Source of the DNA: Candidatus Bathyarchaeia archaeon
Lineage (GTDB): Archaea > Thermoproteota > Bathyarchaeia > Bathyarchaeales > Bathycorpusculaceae
Direction: 5' to 3'
NCBI GenBank assembly: GCA_038727135.1
Contig: JAVYWL010000001.1
Location: forward strand, 384,001-448,000
Length of the DNA stretch: 64,000 bases
In this document: positions 56,942-64,000 of the stretch, in pieces
Layout: every line of letters starts with the position of its first letter
How positions within the stretch are numbered: position 1 is the first letter of the stretch
The notes under the pieces: generated by a model
Seen by the model: the letters and a program-made list of their open reading frames with translations, nothing else
Databases searched by the model: none
Told to the model about the DNA's origin: nothing
Translations under genes and position numbers: made by a program

Positions 56942-58078
56942 ATGGATAGCAAAAATGGGACAAGAACCTTCCTACAAGGAAGCGAGGCATGCGTTGAGGC
57001 CGCGCTAATTGTCGGCTGCAGGTTTTTCGCTGGCTACCCTATATCGCCAGCTAATGAAATTGCTGAGCATATGGCGGCACGTCTTCCAAAAGTTGGCGGC
57101 ATATTCCTACAAATGGAGGATGAATTGGCTTCCATGGGGGCTGTTGTTGGCGCGAGCTGGTGCGGTGTTAAGGCTATGACTGCCACTTCTGGTCCAGGGT
57201 TTAGTTTGATGCAGGAAACCATAGGCTGGGCTTTTATGACTGAAACACCATGCGTGATCATTGACGTCCAGAGGGTTGGTCCCGGCACTGGGCAGGCGAC
57301 TAAATGTGCACAGGGCGATGTTATGCAGGCTCGCTGGGGAACCCATGGCGATTACATGGCTATTTCGCTGTGCCCTAATTCCGTCCAGGAAATTTTTGAA
57401 CTTACCATTAGGGCGTTTAACCTTGCAGAAAAATATCGCACTCCAGTCACTTTGCTTACGGATGAGACTACAGTGCATCTCCGGGAGCATTTGGTTATAC
57501 CGCCCTTGGAAAGCATAGAAGTAGTTAACCGCAAAAAGCCCCAAGCTGGAGAGCAAGTTTTCTTCGGCTTGGAAAGTGTGGCGCCCATGCCGTCCATAGG
57601 CGAAGGGTTTAATGTGGCTGTTACCGGCTCAACCCACGACGAGAAGGGGGTTAGGTTTACCGCCGATCCAATGGTGCATAGGCGGGTGATAGAGGCAATT
57701 AACAACAAGATAAGGAAAAATGTCGACGACATTGTGGAGGTGGAAAGCCACAACATTGAAGATTGCAAGGTAGGCATAGTAGCCTACGGCATCACTTCAA
57801 GGGCAATCTACGAGGCTGTTGAAGAAGCTGAGAAACATGGCGTAAAAGTTGGCTATGTCCGCCTAAAAACCATTTGGCCTTTCCCGGAAAAACCGGTGCA
57901 AAGGCTTGCGGAAAACGCCGAAAAAATAATTGTGCCAGAAATGAATTTGGGGCAAATAGTCAACGAGGTTAAGAGGGTTGCAGGCTGCACAGCGGTTGTT
58001 CCACTTAACAAGATAGGCGGCGGCGAACTGATCACACCAGAAGAAATTTTGGAAAAAATTCTGAAGGAGGCAAAATAA
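56942..58078 (+). CDS. 2-oxoacid:ferredoxin oxidoreductase alpha subunit (second paralog)
   Basis: FFAGYPISPA, QMEDE, TATSGPGFSLMQE, QR.GPGTG, PEMNLGQ. Confidence 0.92.
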   Translation: MDSKNGTRTFLQGSEACVEAALIVGCRFFAGYPISPANEIAEHMAARLPKVGGIFLQMEDELASMGAVVGASWCGVKAMTATSGPGFSLMQETIGWAFMTETPCVIIDVQRVGPGTGQATKCAQGDVMQARWGTHGDYMAISLCPNSVQEIFELTIRAFNLAEKYRTPVTLLTDETTVHLREHLVIPPLESIEVVNRKKPQAGEQVFFGLESVAPMPSIGEGFNVAVTGSTHDEKGVRFTADPMVHRRVIEAINNKIRKNVDDIVEVESHNIEDCKVGIVAYGITSRAIYEAVEEAEKHGVKVGYVRLKTIWPFPEKPVQRLAENAEKIIVPEMNLGQIVNEVKRVAGCTAVVPLNKIGGGELITPEEILEKILKEAK

Positions 58079-58080
58079 GA

Positions 58081-58911
58081 ATGAGCGAAAGAACATTTTC
58101 ACCTAGCAACTATTTGAGGTCGGGATTACGTTTTCCTTTCTGCCCGGGCTGCGGTTTATACGCTTTAAGCGACGCATTTTTAAGGGCTGTTTTTGAGCTT
58201 GGCTACGACGATTTTAGAAGGTTCTGTTTTGTCAGCGGGATTGGCTGCTCTTCGTGGATACCTTCGCCCTACTATTTGGCGGATTCCGTCCACACGTTAC
58301 ATGGAAGAAGCATACCAGTGGCTACAAGTATAAAGCTTCTACGACCTGAACTCCATGTTGTCGTTTTCGGCGGTGATGGAGACATCGTCGGGATTGGCAT
58401 GGGACACTTCATACATGCGGCAAGGAGAAACACCGACATCCTCGTCATAATGGGCAACAATATGATTTATGGCATGACCGGCGGCCAAGTAGCCCCTACA
58501 ACACCTTTAAAGACGAGGACAACCACAACTCCTTATGGAAGTTTTGAGCATCCGTTGGACGCCGCCAAACTTGCAGCTGTGGCCGGAGCCAACTACTCAG
58601 CGAGGTGGACAACCGCCCATCCAAAAGAGCTTAAAGAATGTTTTAAGAAGGCGCTTCAAATGGACGGTTTCAGATTCGTCGAGGTTGTCACCCAATGCCC
58701 AACAGCCTATGGCAGAAGAGCTGGATTCAAAGATATTGGAGAAATGCTGAAGTGGTTTAGGGAAAACGCCATTTCAGTGGTGGAGGCGGAGAAAATGGGC
58801 GAAGAAGAGCTGGAAGGTAAAATTGTTGTTGGCGAGTTCATCCAGAGGAGAAGGCTGACCCTTGTTGAAAGTGTTTATGCTGTTTTGAAGGAAGCGCGGA
58901 AAAATGCCTAA
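58081..58911 (+). CDS. 2-oxoacid:ferredoxin oxidoreductase beta subunit (second paralog)
   Basis: FCPGCG, SGIGCS, HGR, GDGD, NN.IYGMTGGQ, QCPT. Confidence 0.92.
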   Translation: MSERTFSPSNYLRSGLRFPFCPGCGLYALSDAFLRAVFELGYDDFRRFCFVSGIGCSSWIPSPYYLADSVHTLHGRSIPVATSIKLLRPELHVVVFGGDGDIVGIGMGHFIHAARRNTDILVIMGNNMIYGMTGGQVAPTTPLKTRTTTTPYGSFEHPLDAAKLAAVAGANYSARWTTAHPKELKECFKKALQMDGFRFVEVVTQCPTAYGRRAGFKDIGEMLKWFRENAISVVEAEKMGEEELEGKIVVGEFIQRRRLTLVESVYAVLKEARKNA

Positions 58912-59431
58912 AAAAATTGAAATTATAATTGGTGGACATGGCGGTCAAGGCGTCGTCTTAGCAGGGCAAATCTTGGGCAAAGCAGCTGCCCTTGAAGGGA
59001 AGAACGTTGTGCAAACCCAAAGTTACGGTGCAGAAGCCCGTGGAAGCCTAGCAAAAAGCGAAGTAATAATCTCCGACAGCCGAATAGGTTTCCCAGCAGT
59101 CCGAAGATGCGATGTGCTTGTGGCTATGAACCAAGAGTCCCTTGACAAATACCTATCCCTCTTGAAAGATGATGGTACACTAATAGTTGACAGCAGCATC
59201 GAAAAAATCCCAGAAGTAAAAGCCAAAATATATAAGGTGCCAGCTGTTGAAACAGCCAAAAAAGCCTTTGGAGAAAGCCTTTTCGCTAACATGGTCATCC
59301 TAGGTGCACTAACAAAAATAACACAGCTGTTTAGCGTTGAATCTATGGAAAAGAGTATAAGAGAAAGTGTTTCAGAAAAAACATTGGAAACAAACTTGAA
59401 CGCTTTTAGAAAAGGCTTGCAGCTTGTTTAG
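58904..59431 (+). CDS. 2-oxoacid:ferredoxin oxidoreductase gamma subunit (second paralog)
   Basis: GGHGGQG, QSYGAEARG, ANMVILGA, NLNAF..G. Confidence 0.91.
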   Translation: MPKKIEIIIGGHGGQGVVLAGQILGKAAALEGKNVVQTQSYGAEARGSLAKSEVIISDSRIGFPAVRRCDVLVAMNQESLDKYLSLLKDDGTLIVDSSIEKIPEVKAKIYKVPAVETAKKAFGESLFANMVILGALTKITQLFSVESMEKSIRESVSEKTLETNLNAFRKGLQLV

Positions 59432-59511
59432 ACAATAGAAGGTTTGCCGAACCTTCAAAATAAGTTTTATATGCCTTCAACTGTTTAGGTTAGGCTTAAA
59501 AGGTGAATGTT

Positions 59512-60729
59512 ATGGTGGATTTCAGCTTCACCGAAGAGCAGGAACTTTTCCGCAAAGCTGTCCGCGAGTGGTGCCAAAAAGAACTGCCGTTGGAAAAGGT
59601 TAGGGAAATGGACAGCAAAGGCGAAATTCCAAGGGAAATAATCAAGGGCTTGGCTGATTTAGGGCTCCTCTTGATGACTGTGCCAGAAGAACATGGCGGA
59701 GCAGGTGCCGACTGGGTTACGACCTGCATTGCAGCCGAGGAGTTGGGCTATGCCGACATAAGCATTGCAGTGCCAGTGCTCTTCCTAGTTGAGGCTTCAT
59801 GGGGCTTCGTAACCGACAAGTACTGCACAGAACAAGTCCGAGAAGAAGTCATAAGAAAAGCCGCTAGAGGCGAAGCCTTCATAGGCATAGCCTCAACAGA
59901 AGCTGGCGGAGGCTCAGATGTTGCAGCTATAAAGTCAACAGGCACAAAAGACGGGGATCACTGGATCTTGAACGGGGAGAAGACCTACATAAGCGGAACA
60001 GAAGAAGCGAAAAAACTGGGCGGAGGACACTTTACGCTAGTTAGAACCGCGCCGCCGCCTCCCGGAGCAGCCCACCGAGGCATGACAGCCTTCTACCTAC
60101 CAATAAATGCGCCAGGCGTGGAGGTTGGCAAACGCTTCGAGGAGATGGGGCGCATGGCAATTTCAACAGGAAGCATAGTTATGGACAATGTTAAGCTTTC
60201 CGATGCCTATCGCATAGGCGAAGAGGGAAGGGGCTTCTACCTAACAATGGAGGGCTTTGATAATGCAAGACTGCTGATAGGCGCCACCTGTTTGGGTGCT
60301 GCCCAAAGAGCCTTGGAACTTGGAATGAATTACATTAAGGAGAGGAAAGCCTTTGGAAACCCCATTGGCAAGTATGAAGGCATCCAGTTTGACTTGGCTG
60401 ACATGTGGGCTGAACTTGAGGCTTTAAGGTCTCTTGTCTACCGCACAGCGTGGATGAACGACGAAAAGTATAAGCGGGGACGCTTCACACCACTAGAAGT
60501 CACAAAATATATTTCAGCGGTTAAGCTGAGGGTTCCGCCCTTCGCCTTCAAAGTTTTTGAGCATGTCCTCCTATGGATGGGGGCATGGGGCTACACAAAA
60601 GACTGCCCACTAGAGATGGGACTACGGGGCATAATGTCCTACTATATAGGGGCTGAGGGCGCTATGAACATCCAAAGAATAATCATAGCCAGAGAACTGC
60701 TAGGCAGAGATTACATACCATACAAATAA
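59512..60729 (+). CDS. acyl-CoA dehydrogenase
   Basis: F.FTEEQ.LFR, PEE.GG.G, TE..GGSD, LNGEK.YIS, G.EG.GF, R.AFG.PI...E.IQF.LA, EGA.NIQR.IIAR. Confidence 0.93.
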   Translation: MVDFSFTEEQELFRKAVREWCQKELPLEKVREMDSKGEIPREIIKGLADLGLLLMTVPEEHGGAGADWVTTCIAAEELGYADISIAVPVLFLVEASWGFVTDKYCTEQVREEVIRKAARGEAFIGIASTEAGGGSDVAAIKSTGTKDGDHWILNGEKTYISGTEEAKKLGGGHFTLVRTAPPPPGAAHRGMTAFYLPINAPGVEVGKRFEEMGRMAISTGSIVMDNVKLSDAYRIGEEGRGFYLTMEGFDNARLLIGATCLGAAQRALELGMNYIKERKAFGNPIGKYEGIQFDLADMWAELEALRSLVYRTAWMNDEKYKRGRFTPLEVTKYISAVKLRVPPFAFKVFEHVLLWMGAWGYTKDCPLEMGLRGIMSYYIGAEGAMNIQRIIIARELLGRDYIPYK

Positions 60730-60765
60730 TCCTTGTTTCTACCATTATGAAGTAAGGCTGCCTTA

Positions 60766-61875
60766 ATGAGCCATGAAATAAGATGCACCGCATGCGGGCA
60801 AGAAGCCCAAAGCCCAATAGACTATAAGTGTCGGAAATGCGGAAGCCCGCTGAATGTAAAACTTAACATAGCCTTCAACATAGAAGATATTCGAACAAGC
60901 ACCCATGGAGTTTGGCGTTACGCGAAATTCTTCCCCTACGTAAAAGCCTCGGAAATTGTCACCCTTGGCGAGGGCTGGACACCGCTAGTGAAGTTTTCGG
61001 AAAGCCTCTACTTTAAGCTTGAAAACCTAAACCCAACGGGCTCTTTCAAGGATAGAGGCTCAACCGTGCTAATATCAGCCATTCAAAAGCAGATTAAAGC
61101 TTGTGCCGGCTACATTGCTGAGGACTCTTCTGGAAACGCTGGAGCATCAATAGCGGCTTATGCCGCCCGCGCCGGAATAAAAGCCAAAATATACGTGCCA
61201 GAAAACATTTCTGGACCAAAATTCAACCAAATAATGTTTTATGGCGCAGAAGCCGTGAAAGTGACTGGTTCAAGAAGCCATGTGGCGGCTGAAGCTCAAA
61301 AGCCAGAAACCGGAAAGTTCTATGTTGGACATACTTTGCACCCCCTCTTCCGAGATGGAATAAGGAGCCTAGCCTACGAAATAGCCGAACAATTGAACTG
61401 GGAGCCTCCGGAAGGGGTTTACCTCCCAGTCTCGGCTGGAACACTGCTCTTGGGCGTTATAAACGGTTTTAGACATTTGAAAGAGGCTGGCACAATCAAA
61501 GATTTGCCCAAAATCGTAGCTTGCCAAACGAGGCAAGTCTCGCCTTTATACCACCGCTTTAAAGGCTTGCCTTACCATCCTCCTGAACAGATAGATTCTA
61601 TCGCGGACGCGCTAGTGAGTACAAACCCGCCGCTTTTGGGACTTATGGTTAAAAGTTTAAGAGAGGTTAACGGTGACGCCGTACTGGTTGAAGAAGATGA
61701 AATCATCCGATCCTTCAAAGAGCTGGCTAAAATGGGATTTTACGTGGAGCCAAGTTCAGCGGTGGCTTACGCAGCCTACCAAAAACAACTAAAGAAAGAG
61801 GCAACAGCACAAAAAGAGAAAACAGTAATAATCCTAACCGGAATGGGACTAAAAACATCCATAAAACCAAGCTAA
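60766..61875 (+). CDS. threonine synthase-like PLP enzyme (Zn-ribbon N-terminus)
   Basis: CxxC...CxxC, TLGEG.TPL, NPTGSFKDRG, DSSGNAG, VEPSSA, LTG.GLK. Confidence 0.88.
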   Translation: MSHEIRCTACGQEAQSPIDYKCRKCGSPLNVKLNIAFNIEDIRTSTHGVWRYAKFFPYVKASEIVTLGEGWTPLVKFSESLYFKLENLNPTGSFKDRGSTVLISAIQKQIKACAGYIAEDSSGNAGASIAAYAARAGIKAKIYVPENISGPKFNQIMFYGAEAVKVTGSRSHVAAEAQKPETGKFYVGHTLHPLFRDGIRSLAYEIAEQLNWEPPEGVYLPVSAGTLLLGVINGFRHLKEAGTIKDLPKIVACQTRQVSPLYHRFKGLPYHPPEQIDSIADALVSTNPPLLGLMVKSLREVNGDAVLVEEDEIIRSFKELAKMGFYVEPSSAVAYAAYQKQLKKEATAQKEKTVIILTGMGLKTSIKPS

Positions 61876-62434
61876 AACATCGGCCTATACGGAGATTATT
61901 GCAAAAATGATAGATAAGTTTGCACGTTATGAGTTATTCTGGGATTTTATGAAGCAGGAGTTCTTGGTATTCCGAGTTTACTTTTCCTATTTTCTCTGAT
62001 GTTTCTGCTGACTTCATGCCAATCTTAGACCATTTTCGACCATAGCGCACTGGTCATTAACTGTTTTGCTACGTATTCTTCTAATGGTTTTTCTTGTTTG
62101 ATTGTTTTGGCGCCAGTTGAAGCTTATGAGCCCAGCGCATTTCAAGAATTAGATTATGCAGCCTAATTGGTAGTGGTCGAATGGGTATCCCATGCTTCTT
62201 TCAACGTTCACGGTGCTGAGCTTATTAACATGATTGACATAGGAATTGACAGCAAGAAGGCCGCGGGTTGCCTACTGAGTTTCAAAAATGATGACTGGCT
62301 TTGGAACACATGATTTTCCAAAAAGCTTGAAAAACGTACATTGTAAAGGGGCGGTTTTCTCGGCCCCTTAACGCCGCCTAGAAGCTTCTTTAAGCTTAAA
62401 TTTTTGAATGGCTTGAGAAGATGGTAGATTTTAG

Positions 62435-62759
62435 TTAGGGCTGGCGTGTTGGCTGTAACCCGCCTTCTGTTTTATGTGGCATTCGGCTAATCGGGCTACC
62501 TGCGCTTCGGGTAGAGGCTTCATCAGCGCTTGTTTGCCCTTTCCACGCGCAGGACGGCCGTTTCACCGTTTCCACCCAGCATTCTCGACAACTTAGCATG
62601 CCTCATTGGCATCTGTCTGGGTGGACGTTTCGTTTCTGCTCCGTTGCCAAGGCTCTCGCCTTACGCCCTTGCGGGCGTTGCACTTCTACATGTGGGCGGA
62701 GTTTCCTCAAGCCTCATGATTTTCGGCTCGAAAGCCACACGCCAACTCGCCAGCCCTAA
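62435..62759 (-). ncRNA. rnpB: RNase P RNA
   Basis: minus strand has GAGGAAACTCCGCCC (CR-I) pairing with ACAGAAGGCGGGTTA (CR-V), GCAGAAAC and GGTGAAACGGC elements, and a terminal P1 helix TTAGGGCTGGCG...CGCCAGCCCTAA. Confidence 0.95.
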
Positions 62760-62845
62760 GACTTCATGTATCACGCTGTGCAATAAAAGTTTTGGAAAAC
62801 TTATCTCATTGTAAAACATTTATGCTAATGATGACGGTGTCTAAT

Positions 62846-63436
62846 TTGAGTAAGCTTGTTATCCTAATCACTGGAACTCCTTGTGTTGGGAAAACTTCCG
62901 TGGCACGTTTGCTTGCCGCGAGGCTTAATGCCGTTTATGTGAATTTAACGGAATTTGCCACGAAAAATAACCTTGTTATAGGTGCGGATGAAAGGAGGGG
63001 CGGCTCTCTAATAGTTGATGAAAGACGCTTAAAAAAGGGGGTAACTAAGCTGATAGAAGATGCCGGCGAACAAAGCGTTATTATAGATGGGCATTACGCT
63101 GCAAATGTAGTTCCGGAAAAGCTTGTAACACATGCTTTTGTTTTGCGACGCGACCCAGTTGAGCTGCGGGGTTTTATGGAAAAAGCTGGGTTTTCCGGCA
63201 ATAAGTTATGGGAGAATTTGGCTTCTGAAATTCTGGATGTCTGCTTGGTTGATGCATTAAACGCGTATGGAAAAGAAAAGGTCTGCGAAATCGATGTTAC
63301 CGGGAAAAGCGTTGAAGATACCATTGAAAAGATTCTGTCAATCTTAAATGGTTCTAAAAAGTGCCGTGTAGGCGTGGTTGATTGGCTCGGGAAACTGGAA
63401 AGCGAAGGGTTACTAAATGAATATTTGAGGATTTAG
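62846..63436 (+). CDS. AK6/Fap7-type atypical adenylate kinase
   Basis: ITGTPCVGKTS, IIDGHYA, VLR.DP..L, K..EN...E; probable TTG start 62846 after GGTG. Confidence 0.9.
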   Translation: MSKLVILITGTPCVGKTSVARLLAARLNAVYVNLTEFATKNNLVIGADERRGGSLIVDERRLKKGVTKLIEDAGEQSVIIDGHYAANVVPEKLVTHAFVLRRDPVELRGFMEKAGFSGNKLWENLASEILDVCLVDALNAYGKEKVCEIDVTGKSVEDTIEKILSILNGSKKCRVGVVDWLGKLESEGLLNEYLRI

Positions 63437-63457
63437 GAAAGCTTATTGCTTTGTCTT

Positions 63458-63823
63458 TTATGCTTTTAGGCTCTGTAAAATCTGCCTTGTCGTTAAAATC
63501 ATTATTTTTCGCCTGTTTGCGTATGCTTTTGCGTGATCGCTGAATTTTTCTCCGACTATAACTGGGTTGGGCAGCCCCACCTCTTCTGAGGCTTTATCAA
63601 GGTTTATTATGATGTTTATGCCTATCGTTCTTTTCCAGTCTTTTATCCAAACGCCTTGTGTTAGGCGCCCTTTCTGAATTATTAGGTCAAAGTTTCGAGG
63701 TATCCCCCTGTAACCTTCGAGGCTGACGTTTTCCTCTACTTTGTAGCCTTTCTTTCTGAAGTATTGTATTACTGACTGTTTTAAGTCGGATGATTTTTCC
63801 GGCTTTGTCTTTTCGCTGTCCAT
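63458..63823 (-). CDS. stand-alone Mrr-like PD-(D/E)xK fold protein
   Basis: F...GYKV..N..L.G..G....FDL, IKDW...IG, FS..A..YA....I. Confidence 0.75.
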   Translation of the reverse strand: MDSEKTKPEKSSDLKQSVIQYFRKKGYKVEENVSLEGYRGIPRNFDLIIQKGRLTQGVWIKDWKRTIGINIIINLDKASEEVGLPNPVIVGEKFSDHAKAYANRRKIMILTTRQILQSLKA

Positions 63824-63888
63824 CGAAATCCTCTTGTATTAAGCGTTATTTACCAGTTTAGTGAAAAGGTTTTCGGAGCGAGCAAGCA

Positions 63889-64000
63889 TTGACAGACTAC
63901 ATAATTGTTGTCTGTGAGTGTGGAGGCTACCTTCTCGCTAAAGCGAGTCAAAAATCGAGAACTTGCCCTCACTGCGGGTCAAGAGTTTTGCTGGAAAAGG
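63889..64000 (+). CDS. DUF1922-like zinc-ribbon protein, truncated by the window end
   Basis: TTG start; MTDYIIVVCECGGYLLAKASQKSRTCPHCGSRVLLEK. Confidence 0.7.
   Translation, partial: MTDYIIVVCECGGYLLAKASQKSRTCPHCGSRVLLEK

Noticed and set aside
62287-62335. C/D-box sRNA (ATGATGA present)
   Set aside because: No properly placed CTGA D/D' boxes downstream
62530-62814. 94-aa plus-strand ORF
   Set aside because: Antisense shadow of the RNase P RNA gene
1-64000. CRISPR arrays, tRNA/rRNA genes, IS elements, integrases
   Set aside because: No regularly spaced repeats, cloverleaf signatures or transposase/integrase motifs seen by eye; short or intron-containing RNAs could be missed without a covariance search

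Overview
Gene-dense archaeal chromosomal segment, most consistent with a TACK archaeon, probably Bathyarchaeia. This assignment is inferred from an archaeal histone, eS25, eS1, eS17, an RPC34/TFE-beta homolog, an HdrA-MvhD fusion, GGTG(A) ribosome-binding sites and many TTG starts. The window holds an IscS-like/IscU/SufS Fe-S operon, a NikMN module with a NikR-type operator, and pxpABC (pxpB frameshifted in a homopolymer) behind an Ord/amine-dehydrogenase gene. It also holds an HdrC-GltD fusion plus HdrA-MvhD plus korDABG operon, the uS15-GAN-Pcc1-SerRS-eS1 and Kae1-Bud32-RdgB clusters, many housekeeping genes, a Liv-type ABC/proline-racemase-like/mu-crystallin cluster, an AOR-family gene, a second kor operon and the RNase P RNA gene. 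The best candidate for an undescribed system is a trpY <> trpB2-serK-like locus. There, a TrpY-type regulator with 10-bp-phased TGTACA-like TRP boxes sits opposite TrpB2 (O-phosphoserine-dependent) and a co-transcribed ParB-fold free-serine-kinase homolog that could supply its substrate. Other highlights are a proline-racemase homolog with a rewired active site, a catalytically divergent IscS, and two genes that appear to start at ACG. No CRISPR array, tRNA, rRNA or intact mobile element was seen. All protein calls come from motif recognition by eye; no database search was run.
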